From contig CAMTVO010000014.1 in the NCBI GenBank assembly GCA_947085205.1, positions 58,835-122,834 on the forward strand: a DNA stretch of 64,000 nt, written 5' to 3'. The notes below the pieces were generated by a model, which searched no databases, had not been told where the DNA came from, and saw only the letters and a list, made by a program, of their open reading frames with translations. The DNA is from an uncultured Nitrospiraceae bacterium (GTDB lineage: Bacteria; Nitrospirota; Thermodesulfovibrionia; Thermodesulfovibrionales; Dissulfurispiraceae). Shown in pieces: positions 46,697 through 56,523 of this stretch (its first letter is position 1; each line of letters begins with the position of its first letter). The position numbers and the translations under genes are program-made.

Positions 46697-47512
46697 TCAA
46701 TCTCTAAATTCGTATTTTTCTTTTAACGTCTCTCCAAGCATATTAAAGCAAAACGCAGTTATCGATATCGCAAGCCCGGGAAAGAGCGCCATCCACGGTG
46801 CAGTAAGTATATAAGCCCTGTTTGCGCTGATCATAGAGCCCCATGTGGGGACCGGAGGCTGTGCGCCGAGTCCCAAAAAACTGAGTGTCGCTTCTGTAAG
46901 AATAAATCCTCCAAGCTTAATGCCCATCATCACAAGGCTCAAAGGAATGCAGAGCGGAGCGACATGCATGAAGAGTATCCTCAAATTGCTGCATCCCATC
47001 GCTCTTGCAGCATCAATAAAAGGCATGTCTTTGATGGTCAATACATGACCTCTTATCAATCTTGCAAAGGACGTCCATCCGACTGCTGATATGGCAATCA
47101 TTACAGTGTATATGCCAGGCGGTAAAATAACAGAGATTGCTATGGCAAGGAGCAGCGAAGGAAACGAGAGGATAAAATCGACCACAGACATTAATACAGT
47201 ATCAACCCTGCCTCCGAAATATCCTGAAGCAATGCCGACGCCAAAGCCGATAGAAGCAGATACCAAAGCAGCAATGACAGCAACGCCGATGGATATCTTG
47301 CCACCATAAACAACTCTAACCAGTATGTCCCTGCCTTTGTTATCGGTTCCGAATGGATGCTGGATGCTCGGCGGTCTCTTAAGCGATTCGAGGTCTATTT
47401 TGTTGGGGTCGTAAATCGGCAGGAGTGGAGATAAAAGAGAAATAGCGAATAAGAAGACAATTACAAGCAGAGGGAATAATAATTTAGCAGGCATCTTACC
47501 TTTCTTTTTCAT
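46697..47512 (-). CDS. Peptide/nickel ABC permease (DppC-like)
   Basis: HPFGTDNKGRD, FIDAARAMG EAA loop, EATLSFLGLG. Confidence 0.93.
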   Translation of the reverse strand: MKKKGKMPAKLLFPLLVIVFLFAISLLSPLLPIYDPNKIDLESLKRPPSIQHPFGTDNKGRDILVRVVYGGKISIGVAVIAALVSASIGFGVGIASGYFGGRVDTVLMSVVDFILSFPSLLLAIAISVILPPGIYTVMIAISAVGWTSFARLIRGHVLTIKDMPFIDAARAMGCSNLRILFMHVAPLCIPLSLVMMGIKLGGFILTEATLSFLGLGAQPPVPTWGSMISANRAYILTAPWMALFPGLAISITAFCFNMLGETLKEKYEFRD

Positions 47513-48428
47513 GCAGTCTTATCCTCGGGTCGAGATAGTGATAGATTATGTCCGTAATAAGATTAACGACAACAAAGACCATTGTGCCGAAAATTATGCA
47601 TCCCATTATCACAGGATAGTCGCGCTTTATTATCCCTTCCATTGTGAACCTTCCTATTCCGTCCCATCCGAATATGGTCTCTGTGACAACAGCCCCGTTG
47701 AGATAACTGCCGAAATCGAGGCCCATGATAGTGACAATGGGAATAATGACGTTCTTCAGGACATGCATAATGCTTATTTTTATTGAAGGCAGACCTTTTG
47801 CCTTTGCCGTCTTTATATAAGGCATTTTCAGTATGTCCACGACGATTGTCTTTGTGACCCTTGCAAGAGTAGCTGTTGCAGGGATTGCTAATACAAGTGC
47901 AGGCAGAACAAGGAATCTAATATCTCCTGTGCCTGATGGCGGGAATAGCTTTAGCTTGAGGCTCAAAAAGAGCATTATGATTATTGCGCTCCAAAATACA
48001 GGAACGCTCAACCCGGCAATGGATAATGCATTGATAAGTCTGTCTATAAATTTGCCTTTTTTGTAGGCTGATATAAATCCGAAGACAATGCCGAAAGGTA
48101 CCGCTATAGCCATAGCTGCAAAGGCAAGTTTCATGGTATTAGGGAATTTCGTCACAATATCTTTCATCACATCCCTGTTTGTGTAGTATGACCTTCCGAA
48201 ATCCCCTTGTGATAATAATTTCAGATAACCGATATACTGCCCTATGAAGCCTTTATCCGCGCCTATCTCTTTTCTTATGCTTTCTATTGTTTCAGGACTC
48301 GCACGCTCTCCGACAAGGCTCAATACAGGGTCGCCGGGAATCGCCTTGAGAAGAAAAAACGCAAGAAGTGTTATCCCGAATAAAAGAGGAATTAGGAGAA
48401 GGAATCTTTTGAGAATATATTTTCTAAT
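47496..48428 (-). CDS. Peptide/nickel ABC permease (DppB-like), probable non-canonical ATT start
   Basis: Frame is open upstream of the ORF-track TTG and gives the family N-terminus IRKYILKRFLLLIPLLFGITLLAFFLLKAIPGDP; GGAGG 5 nt before ATT at 48428. Confidence 0.85.
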   Translation of the reverse strand: MRKYILKRFLLLIPLLFGITLLAFFLLKAIPGDPVLSLVGERASPETIESIRKEIGADKGFIGQYIGYLKLLSQGDFGRSYYTNRDVMKDIVTKFPNTMKLAFAAMAIAVPFGIVFGFISAYKKGKFIDRLINALSIAGLSVPVFWSAIIIMLFLSLKLKLFPPSGTGDIRFLVLPALVLAIPATATLARVTKTIVVDILKMPYIKTAKAKGLPSIKISIMHVLKNVIIPIVTIMGLDFGSYLNGAVVTETIFGWDGIGRFTMEGIIKRDYPVIMGCIIFGTMVFVVVNLITDIIYHYLDPRIRLHEKER

Positions 48429-48449
48429 AACACCCTCCGAATTTTCAGA

Positions 48450-50033
48450 CTACCTTTCTATTTCTATCTCCAACCCCTTATCCATCGTATAAATCGGATA
48501 TACTTTATAATTTTTCACCCACGGCTGTTTTATGAAAAAGTCAGTCCTGTGCCAAAAAAAGACCCAAGGAGAGTCTTTTGTGATGATTTCCTCCGCCCTT
48601 TGATAAAAGCTGTTCCTGTCCTTTTCATTCAGCGAATATTGTCCTTTCTCTATGAGGGAATCCACTTCTTTGTTGACATATCTCGTTCTGTTGCCTGCCG
48701 GTCCGAGGTTTGATGAATGAAACAGCGGAAAAAGGAAGTTTTCAGGGTCAGGATAGTCTGCCCACCAGCTAAGCCAGAACATATCAGGCTCTCCTTTGTT
48801 TATCGCCTCTTTATAAGCACTCCATTCCAACTGCTTTATATTTACATTTATTCCGCCCTCTGAAAGATATGACTGTATAATCTCTGCAAGGTCAATAACA
48901 TCCTGATCGGCAGTCACATACATATTGACTTTAATTCCTGACATGCCTTCTTCGGCAACTATCTTTTTTGCCTTTTCAGGATTGTATTCGCAGCTATCCT
49001 TAATCTCCCATCTCCTGAGCATATCAGCGACAGGCCCCACTGCCAGCCTTCCCCTGCCTTCGTAGAATGTATCGAGAATCTTTTTTCTGTCTATAGCATA
49101 TGAAACTGATCTTCTCAGATTTACATTGTCAAATGGCGGTTTAGATGAGTTCATGCCGAGATAATAAGTATTGAGCCCTTTAAGAGAAACTATTTGACTG
49201 CTCCACTTCTTATCATTCTTAAATTTTGAATATGCCGATGCAGGAAGATAAATCACGTCGATGTTGCCAAGCTCAAATTCAGTGACTGCAGTCAAATCCT
49301 CGGGTATAATTCTATAGACGATGCCCTTAACCTTTGCCTTTTCATCAAAATAATTCCTGTTGCTCTCCAAAACCAATTCCCTGTCGGGCAGCCAGTTTTC
49401 CAGGATAAAAGGCCCTGTTCCTGACGGGTGGCTCGAAAAATCGTTTTTCCATTTTTCTACATCTTCCTTTACAACAACATAACCTGGTGTCATTGTGAGT
49501 ATGCTTAGAAACGGAGAAAAGGGTCTGCTTAATCGAATCTCAAATGTATAATCATCTATTGCCCTGAATCCCTTAACTTCCTTTGCATTTCCTTTTTGAA
49601 ACTCCTTTACGCCTTCAACCTTATCAAACACCCATGTATTTGGCGACTTTGTCTTTGGGTCTAAAATGCGTTCGAAGGAATATTTAAAATCCTGAGCCAT
49701 TACCTCACGTCCGTTTAAAAACCTCACACCCATTCTAAGGAAAAATTTATATCGCAGTCCATCCTTTGATATCTCCCATCTCTCTGCTATATCCGGAGAT
49801 ATTTCGAGATTGTCGTTTAATTTTACAAGGCCGTTAAATACCTTAGCAGCAATCGAAGCACCTGAAACATCCGTAATCAATGCAGGATCAAGAGTGGTGG
49901 GATTTGCATTCAGCCTGTAATAAACATATCCGTCGAGGCGGTTTGAGGATGTGCAGGAAAAGACAAAAAGAGTTATAGCGGCAAGGCAGATGTGCCGAAA
50001 GGCTTTGAGGCATGTCTGCCTTGCCGTTTTCAT
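48450..50033 (-). CDS. Peptide ABC substrate-binding lipoprotein (SBP family 5)
   Basis: Lipobox VFSC, PTTLDP, GTGPF, WWADYPDP. Confidence 0.93.
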   Translation of the reverse strand: MKTARQTCLKAFRHICLAAITLFVFSCTSSNRLDGYVYYRLNANPTTLDPALITDVSGASIAAKVFNGLVKLNDNLEISPDIAERWEISKDGLRYKFFLRMGVRFLNGREVMAQDFKYSFERILDPKTKSPNTWVFDKVEGVKEFQKGNAKEVKGFRAIDDYTFEIRLSRPFSPFLSILTMTPGYVVVKEDVEKWKNDFSSHPSGTGPFILENWLPDRELVLESNRNYFDEKAKVKGIVYRIIPEDLTAVTEFELGNIDVIYLPASAYSKFKNDKKWSSQIVSLKGLNTYYLGMNSSKPPFDNVNLRRSVSYAIDRKKILDTFYEGRGRLAVGPVADMLRRWEIKDSCEYNPEKAKKIVAEEGMSGIKVNMYVTADQDVIDLAEIIQSYLSEGGINVNIKQLEWSAYKEAINKGEPDMFWLSWWADYPDPENFLFPLFHSSNLGPAGNRTRYVNKEVDSLIEKGQYSLNEKDRNSFYQRAEEIITKDSPWVFFWHRTDFFIKQPWVKNYKVYPIYTMDKGLEIEIER

Positions 50034-51155
50034 TTAGAATCTCAGAAATGCCCCGATTCCTCCTGCTTCCATAAGCTTTTTGCTCTCAGAGACAACTTCT
50101 ATCAATGCTCTCTGCTGGACTGCCTTTTCGCCTGCAAGGTCTACCATATAATCAGCAGCCTCCATCGTTCCTTTACAGTATGGGCAGGAATCAATCTTCT
50201 GAGCGCTTAGATAACCGCAGGAATTGCATCTGTATCCGCTCGCCTTGTACTCTTTTACAAAAACAAGCTTCATCACCCTCTGCTCCTGAAGGGCATTCAC
50301 CACATTGTCCAGTCCAAGCACGGCATTCTCATTCTTCAATGCCTTTGCAATGAGGTTTTCCACAGTCTCTTCCTCTTTCTTTTTCTCATAGGCGGAAGCA
50401 ATCGGCTCTACCCTCCTTAATACCTCATCAGATTTTGCGAACATCTCCACCTTTGCAGTGCCGATAATTTTATCTAAAATTGTCTTATGGAGCATGCCTT
50501 TGACCATCGAAACAGCCTCGTCAGAGCCTCCTATTATCAGCCTTCCGATATATTCTCCGGTAAGAAACGACTCCAGTTTATCAGCCACATCTTTGAGATG
50601 CATTCCGATATGGAAATCTATATGCCTTTCATAATGGTTCTGAGACAGGGCAAACCATCCTCCCTTTTTATGCTTGCCGGGAATATCAGGGGTATGCACC
50701 TCTCCGTATTCGACTACCTCTCCGAGATGGATGGTGAATATCCTTGCAGACTCTTTATCCACAAGCAAGACGACATACCGCTGATAGTTGTCGAGGATGT
50801 CCATCAAAGGCTTTGCATATGGAGTCTTATCAACAATCAGTTCGTTCTTTACAGGGACATTGATATTGTAGTCCCTCCAAAAGTTGTTAGCCGCAGAGCT
50901 GACAAGCGTAAGCCCCTTTTTAAACATCCTCTTGTTCGAAAGGACATAATCTTCAATCTTATCGAGGTCATCTTTCACAGCCTTATACACTGCCTTATCG
51001 AGCGTATCGACTGTATTTTTCATCATGTTTTTGAAATGCACCATATAGTCGCCCTTTGTATTGAACAGAGGATCGACATTAAGATAAAGACAAACAAAAT
51101 AACTATCCTTCCCCTCCATAGATGTGATTTCCCTTATTTCTTCCCTGCTAAGCAT
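50034..51155 (-). CDS. Bacterial aeRF1/pelota-superfamily (baeRF-like) protein
   Basis: LYLNVDP, VVLLVDKESARIF, PGKHKKGGW...SQ, CxxC/CxxC zinc ribbon, terminal GGIGAFLRF like eRF1 domain 3. Confidence 0.85.
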   Translation of the reverse strand: MLSREEIREITSMEGKDSYFVCLYLNVDPLFNTKGDYMVHFKNMMKNTVDTLDKAVYKAVKDDLDKIEDYVLSNKRMFKKGLTLVSSAANNFWRDYNINVPVKNELIVDKTPYAKPLMDILDNYQRYVVLLVDKESARIFTIHLGEVVEYGEVHTPDIPGKHKKGGWFALSQNHYERHIDFHIGMHLKDVADKLESFLTGEYIGRLIIGGSDEAVSMVKGMLHKTILDKIIGTAKVEMFAKSDEVLRRVEPIASAYEKKKEEETVENLIAKALKNENAVLGLDNVVNALQEQRVMKLVFVKEYKASGYRCNSCGYLSAQKIDSCPYCKGTMEAADYMVDLAGEKAVQQRALIEVVSESKKLMEAGGIGAFLRF

Positions 51156-52197
51156 TTTGCCCTCCTTCTATGTTTCTGAATATTTCTACGACTGATACAA
51201 AAATCGCCAATACCAATGGCCCCATTATAAGACCTATCAATCCGAAAAGCTTAATTCCCCCTAAGACGCTGAAAAATATGGCAAGAATCGGCATCTTTGT
51301 CCTGCTGCCGATGATGATTGGTTTTAAGATGTTGTCTATCAAGCTTATTCCAAACACACCGATAATTACAAGGGCTACCCCCTTCAATACCGCGCCCTGA
51401 AGGAACAGATACACAGCAGCAGGCCCCCATATTGCAAATGCGCCGATTAAGGGTATAAATGAAGCTATGGAAGTGGCTACTCCCCAAACCACAGGAGACG
51501 GTATTCCTAAAAGATAATAGGCAAAACCTCCTATTATCCCCTGAATAATTGCAACCACAACGCCTCCGAAAACCGTAGATATGACGATGTCTCGTATCTG
51601 TGTAGTCAACCTGTCCTTCTGTTCCTCCGAAAATGGCATGTAGTCCCGGATTCTTTTGAGAAACCCTGTGCCGTCCTTAAGCAGGAAAAATATGGCAAAG
51701 GCCATGAAAATAAAGTTTAATGCCACAACTACAATATTGCCCAAGCCCTTTGTAATCCTGCTGACCAATTCCTTGCCGAGCTTTGAGATATTGTCCACAA
51801 TGGTTTTATCCAACTCTTCTTCAGTAATATCAAACATAGCTGTCAATTTTCCGATTATTGCCTTGACGGTTGGATGTTGAAGGACGCTCTGCAGGGCTTC
51901 AAGCCTCTCCCCCTCCGCATAATCGGATATAAATGTCAGTTCCTTAACGAGTAAAAGTGAAAGGTATGAAAACGGGCCTATAATAATCAAAAGTATCATT
52001 AGGAGGGTAACAAGGGATGCCACCGAGCGCCATTTTATATACCTGAGCAAAAATGCATAAACAGGATAGAATACGAGCGAAAGGACGATAGCCCAAGCTA
52101 TCGGAGATAAGAACGGCTTGAATATCTGGTAGTTCAGATAGCCCAAAACTATGACCAGAAATGTCAGAGTAATAAAATAAAATCTATTAACCGCCAT
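51148..52197 (-). CDS. AI-2E family transporter
   Basis: PIAWA, SFIPLIG, IDNILKP, GGIKLFGLIGLIMGP. Confidence 0.9.
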   Translation of the reverse strand: MAVNRFYFITLTFLVIVLGYLNYQIFKPFLSPIAWAIVLSLVFYPVYAFLLRYIKWRSVASLVTLLMILLIIIGPFSYLSLLLVKELTFISDYAEGERLEALQSVLQHPTVKAIIGKLTAMFDITEEELDKTIVDNISKLGKELVSRITKGLGNIVVVALNFIFMAFAIFFLLKDGTGFLKRIRDYMPFSEEQKDRLTTQIRDIVISTVFGGVVVAIIQGIIGGFAYYLLGIPSPVVWGVATSIASFIPLIGAFAIWGPAAVYLFLQGAVLKGVALVIIGVFGISLIDNILKPIIIGSRTKMPILAIFFSVLGGIKLFGLIGLIMGPLVLAIFVSVVEIFRNIEGGQNA

Positions 52198-52198
52198 A

Positions 52199-52924
52199 TT
52201 ACATTGCCTTCCTTATAAATGATTCGAATATCCCTACTGAAAGTTTATCATAAAATATGCGCTCCGGGTGCCATTGGACAGAGACAAGAAATGGATAGTC
52301 CTTTTTATAGAATCCTTCTATGATGCCGTCATCTGATAACGCAAAAGCCTCAAATCCATCCGCAAGTATTTTGACAGCCTGATGATGGGAAGAGTTGACG
52401 AATTGCGGATTGCAGATTGCGGATTCAGAAATATCAAATTTGGAACAAAAGGATTCTTCAATTTTTATAACGTGCTGCCCGGTTTTATGATTAACAGCAT
52501 CTTTTACCTGTATCTCTATATCCTGATAAAGCCTTCCTCCGAAGGCGACATTCACAAGCTGCATTCCGTAACAGACGGCTAAAACAGGCTTGTTTCTTCT
52601 TATTGTCTCCCTCAAAAGTGTAATCTCGAAGTCGCTCCTCTCTTTTCTTACAAATTTCAATATTTCTAAGGGAACAGAAATCTCTTCACCGTAATATTCA
52701 GGCAAGAGGTCGTCGCCTCCGGGCAGTAAAAGACCGTCAACCATATCTGCAATCCGGTTAACATCACCCCCCTTTAATTCCCCCTTTACTAAGGGTGGAG
52801 CAGAGGGGGGTGATGCCAGAATTACAGGCAAACCGCCTGACTCTGAAACAGCAGAAACATAATCCTGTCTGAGCCTGAATATCTGTTCATCCATGTCTGA
52901 AGTTATGCCGATCAAGGGTTTCAA
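52199..52924 (-). CDS. Peptidase C26 / gamma-glutamyl hydrolase (class I glutamine amidotransferase-like)
   Basis: KPLIGIT, DGLLLPGG, CYGMQ, VNSSHHQAV, VQWHPE; TTG at 52924 overlaps the upstream TGA. Confidence 0.9.
   Translation of the reverse strand: MKPLIGITSDMDEQIFRLRQDYVSAVSESGGLPVILASPPSAPPLVKGELKGGDVNRIADMVDGLLLPGGDDLLPEYYGEEISVPLEILKFVRKERSDFEITLLRETIRRNKPVLAVCYGMQLVNVAFGGRLYQDIEIQVKDAVNHKTGQHVIKIEESFCSKFDISESAICNPQFVNSSHHQAVKILADGFEAFALSDDGIIEGFYKKDYPFLVSVQWHPERIFYDKLSVGIFESFIRKAM
52762..52815. repeat. Poly-C/poly-G palindromic element in-frame (SPPSAPPLVKGELKGGD)
   Basis: Outer stem CATCACCCCCC/GGGGGGTGATG with inner CCCTT-TACT-AAGGG. Confidence 0.85.
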
Positions 52925-54522
52925 GTAATAATCCTTCCTGAAAGTCTTCCTGCGAATTCGCCCTCTATCAATGCCAATTTGCCGTTTACAAAGACACAAT
53001 TGATGCCTTCGGCCTTTTTGTAAGGCTCTTTAAATGTTGCCCTGTCGATAATTCTTTCGTAGTCGAATAAAACAATATCAGCATAAAAACCCTCTTTTAT
53101 CAGGCCATGCTCTTTTAGTCCGAATGTTACGGCTGGAAGATATGTTATCTTTCTTATCGCCTCAGACAAGCTCATGAGACCTTCTTCTCTCACATATTTT
53201 CCAATGAATCGCGGAAAGCTGCCGAATCCCCTCGGATGGGGTTTTCCTGTGCATGTCGGCCCCGAGAAAGACCTGACAGAGCTGTCAGAACCTATCATTG
53301 CATACGGAAGAGACAAAAATTTCTTTAAATTATCTTCATTCATCGAAAAAAATATAGCCCCTGTCCTTACCTTCGCGTCTATGAGAATCTCAAACAATGC
53401 ATCTACCGGTCTTTTCTCCAGTTTCAATGCGATATCAAAGATATTCTCCCCCTCCATCCACTTATTTTCAGACTTTGCGACAGATGAGATATAAATGCCT
53501 TTCCAGTAACTGTCATCTCTCATCCCTATCTCTTCCTTAATTTTCTTTGCAGTCTCCGGGTCTTTAAGCCTCCTCAATTCCTCACCAACTCCGCCGTCAT
53601 GCACCCAAGAAGGCAGAATCGTATCAAGGTCTGTGTTTGCTGCAATATAAGGGTACCTGTCGCAGGTTAAATTAATTCCAGCGCTTCTTGCACTCTCAAG
53701 CAGTTCGATAACTTTATCCGCCTTCCACCAGTTCCTCTCGCCTGCGGTTTTTATATGAGACACATGAACCTTTACGCCTGAGTCCCTGCCGATTCTTATA
53801 ACTTCCTCTATGGCTTCGATAAGTTCATCCCCTTCGCTTCTCATGTGTGAGGCGTAAATACCTGCCCCCCCTTGCCCCCCCTTAGCAAGGGGGGGATTAG
53901 GGGGGGTAACCAAGACTTTGCATAGTTCAATGAGTTCTTCTGTTTTAGAATAAACACCCGGAGGATATATAAGCCCTGTAGAAAGCCCCATTGCGCCGTC
54001 CTTCACTGCATCTGATAAAAGCTTTTTCATCTTATTAATGGTATTTTCATCGGGGCTTGCATTTTTATAACCGATGACCGATGCTCTTATGTTTCCATGT
54101 CCGCAGAGTGTCGCAAAATTTATTGCAATACCCATCTCTTTTAAAATGTCGAAATATTCCCTGAATGTCGACCATCTCTCCTTTATCCCAAACTCTTTTA
54201 AATCCGTCTCCCGGCGCTCGAATGCTTCTCCGTAGAGAGGTGCGGCAGAAAGACCGCAATTGCCGTTTACTTCTGTAGTAATGCCCTGTGACAGCTTTCC
54301 CTCTGCTCTTCCGTCTGCAAGCAGTGTAAATTCAGAATGTGCATGTGTGTCGATAAATCCTGGAGATACAACAAGTCCTTTTGCTTCGATAACATTTAAG
54401 GCAGGGATTTCATCATTGCCTATATAGGCTATTCTGTCTCCCTTTATGCCGATATTCGCCTCGACCGGATTTGAGCCGCTGCCTTCAAAAATAAGGCCGT
54501 TTTTTATAAGATAATCAATCAT
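52921..54522 (-). CDS. N-acyl-D-amino-acid deacylase (amidohydrolase)
   Basis: PGFIDTHAHS, GNCG, STGLIYPPG, SHMRSEG, HPRGFGSFPR. Confidence 0.92.
   Translation of the reverse strand: MIDYLIKNGLIFEGSGSNPVEANIGIKGDRIAYIGNDEIPALNVIEAKGLVVSPGFIDTHAHSEFTLLADGRAEGKLSQGITTEVNGNCGLSAAPLYGEAFERRETDLKEFGIKERWSTFREYFDILKEMGIAINFATLCGHGNIRASVIGYKNASPDENTINKMKKLLSDAVKDGAMGLSTGLIYPPGVYSKTEELIELCKVLVTPPNPPLAKGGQGGAGIYASHMRSEGDELIEAIEEVIRIGRDSGVKVHVSHIKTAGERNWWKADKVIELLESARSAGINLTCDRYPYIAANTDLDTILPSWVHDGGVGEELRRLKDPETAKKIKEEIGMRDDSYWKGIYISSVAKSENKWMEGENIFDIALKLEKRPVDALFEILIDAKVRTGAIFFSMNEDNLKKFLSLPYAMIGSDSSVRSFSGPTCTGKPHPRGFGSFPRFIGKYVREEGLMSLSEAIRKITYLPAVTFGLKEHGLIKEGFYADIVLFDYERIIDRATFKEPYKKAEGINCVFVNGKLALIEGEFAGRLSGRIIT
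53864..53907. repeat. Poly-C/poly-G palindromic element in-frame (TPPNPPLAKGGQGG)
   Basis: CCCCCCC-TTG-CCCCCCCTT-AGC-AAGGGGGGG-ATTA-GGGGGGG. Confidence 0.85.
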
Positions 54523-54575
54523 TTTTTACTCCCTTGGTTGTTACATTTTAACACTTTAACATGTAACACATTTTC

Positions 54576-54605
54576 TTGACAAAAATTCGTCTTAATCGTT
54601 ATAGT
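54576..54605 (+). promoter_or_regulatory. Sigma70 promoter of yceD-rpmF-plsX-fabH
   Basis: TTGACA-N18-TATAGT. Confidence 0.55.
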
Positions 54606-54649
54606 ATTTAACTTAACGCTATTTCGTTGAAATTTCTTGTTTTTGAGCT

Positions 54650-55168
54650 ATGAAGGTCATAATTTCCGAAATTCCAGAAGAGGGCTTGGAGCTTGAATTA
54701 AAAGAGAGGATTTCGCCGGACGAATCTATTAAAATATCGTCACCGGTTCATGCCTCTCTCAGATTCGACAAAAAAGGCCCGGAGGTTATTGTAACGGGCG
54801 ATGCAAGCGGCGAGGCGGAGTTTCAATGCAGCAGATGCCTGAAGACATTTAATATGAATATGGATTCCCATATTGATGTTGTGTATCATCCATCTGCCGA
54901 GATTAACAAAGAAGAGCATTACGAGTTGAAGGGCGACGAACTCGACACAGGATTTTATAAAAACGATACGCTTGATACCGAGGATATATTAAAAGAGCAG
55001 TTAATGCTGAACGTGCCGGTGAAACCGCTATGTTCTGAGGGTTGTAAGGGATTATGCCCGAAATGCGGCGCGGATTTAAATATAACGCAGTGCAATTGTG
55101 CGGCTTCAGAAATAGATACAAGACTTGCAGTACTAAAGCAACTATTAGAAAAAAAGAGTAAAACATAA
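54650..55168 (+). CDS. YceD/DUF177 family protein
   Basis: CSRCL, PVKPLCSEGCKGLCPKCG; upstream of rpmF. Confidence 0.93.
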   Translation: MKVIISEIPEEGLELELKERISPDESIKISSPVHASLRFDKKGPEVIVTGDASGEAEFQCSRCLKTFNMNMDSHIDVVYHPSAEINKEEHYELKGDELDTGFYKNDTLDTEDILKEQLMLNVPVKPLCSEGCKGLCPKCGADLNITQCNCAASEIDTRLAVLKQLLEKKSKT

Positions 55169-55184
55169 AAAATTAGGGGGATTT

Positions 55185-55211
55185 CTTAAGGGGGATTTTG
55201 TCCCCCTTAAG
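55185..55211 (+). other. Hairpin in the rpmF leader
   Basis: CTTAAGGGGGA-ttttg-TCCCCCTTAAG. Confidence 0.55.
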
Positions 55212-55232
55212 CCCCAGAGAAAGGAGTAGGCA

Positions 55233-55421
55233 ATGGCAAATCCAACGCATCGCCATTCAAGGTCAAGAAGGGACAAGAGGAGGGCAAACTGGAAGGGAGA
55301 ACTTCCGAACCTCGTCGAATGCCCCGACTGTAAGGAACTCAAGCTTCCTCATAGGGCTTGCGCAAGCTGCGGCTCTTACAACGGCAAAAAGATACTCGAG
55401 GTAGTCTCTAAAGAATCATGA
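55233..55421 (+). CDS. rpmF: 50S ribosomal protein L32
   Basis: MANP...SRSRRDKRR, CPDC...PHRACASCGSY. Confidence 0.96.
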   Translation: MANPTHRHSRSRRDKRRANWKGELPNLVECPDCKELKLPHRACASCGSYNGKKILEVVSKES

Positions 55422-56476
55422 GAGTTGCCCTCGATGCAATGGGGGGGGACTTTGCTCCCGATGTAACAATAGCTGGGGCATTGGAGGCAGTCAGCGAGTA
55501 TGATATTCATGTTGTACTCGTAGGAGATAAGCAAAAATTAACAGAATCTCTCCATAATAAACGTTACCACTCCGACAAAATATCCATTCATCATGCATCC
55601 GAAGTGGTAGATATGCATGAATCGCCTTCTACTGCCATCAGGAGAAAGAAAGATTCATCCATCCGCAGGGCGGTAGATATGGTAAAGAATGGTGAGGCAG
55701 ACGCTGCGGTCAGCGCCGGTCATTCAGGAGTCGCAATGGCAACTGCCCTTTTCGTTTTAGGAAAGCTGCCGAATGTCGACAGGCCTGCAATAGCAACCAT
55801 AATGCCTTCATTGACAGGACACTTTCTTCTCATTGACGCCGGGGCAAACGTTGATTGCAAACCGGAAAACCTGCTCGAATTTGCCCATATGGGGAATGCC
55901 TATTACACGGCCATCTTTGATACGCCTTCTCCTCGAATTGCACTCTTGAGCATAGGCGAGGAAGATACAAAAGGCAATGAATTGACAAAAGAGGCATTCA
56001 AGCTGCTTAAAGACACCGACCTGAATTTCACAGGCAACATCGAAGGTAAAGATGTATTTTCAGGGAATGCAGATGTCATAGTCTGCGACGGCTTCATAGG
56101 AAACATCGTTTTAAAAGTGAGCGAAGGACTTGCAGAAACAATCATGAAGATGCTGAAAAGGGAAATCGCTAACGTGACCACAGGCAAACTCGGCTATCTG
56201 ATGATAAAGCCGGCCATAAGAAATTTTAAAAAGAGAACCGACTACTCTGAATACGGAGGCGCCCCTCTCCTCGGCATAAACGGCACATGCATCATCAGCC
56301 ACGGCCGCTCTTCTGCAAGGGCGATAAAAAACGCCATACGCGTTGCAGGTGAGATGGCAAAGAAAAAGGTGCATGAAATCATTGCAAATGCTTTGGATAG
56401 GGGCTCACGGGGAGATAGTAACCATTCACCTATCTATACCAAAGAGCAAATGGCAGGCAGGGAGGGGCAGGCATGA
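55418..56476 (+). CDS. plsX: Phosphate acyltransferase PlsX
   Basis: ALDAMGGDFAP, DAGANVD, VCDGFIGN, YGGAPLLG, SHGRS. Confidence 0.96.
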   Translation: MRVALDAMGGDFAPDVTIAGALEAVSEYDIHVVLVGDKQKLTESLHNKRYHSDKISIHHASEVVDMHESPSTAIRRKKDSSIRRAVDMVKNGEADAAVSAGHSGVAMATALFVLGKLPNVDRPAIATIMPSLTGHFLLIDAGANVDCKPENLLEFAHMGNAYYTAIFDTPSPRIALLSIGEEDTKGNELTKEAFKLLKDTDLNFTGNIEGKDVFSGNADVIVCDGFIGNIVLKVSEGLAETIMKMLKREIANVTTGKLGYLMIKPAIRNFKKRTDYSEYGGAPLLGINGTCIISHGRSSARAIKNAIRVAGEMAKKKVHEIIANALDRGSRGDSNHSPIYTKEQMAGREGQA

Positions 56477-56523
56477 ACCTGCCTGTCATTTGCTAATGAA
56501 CGATTACAAAGAGGATATATTAT

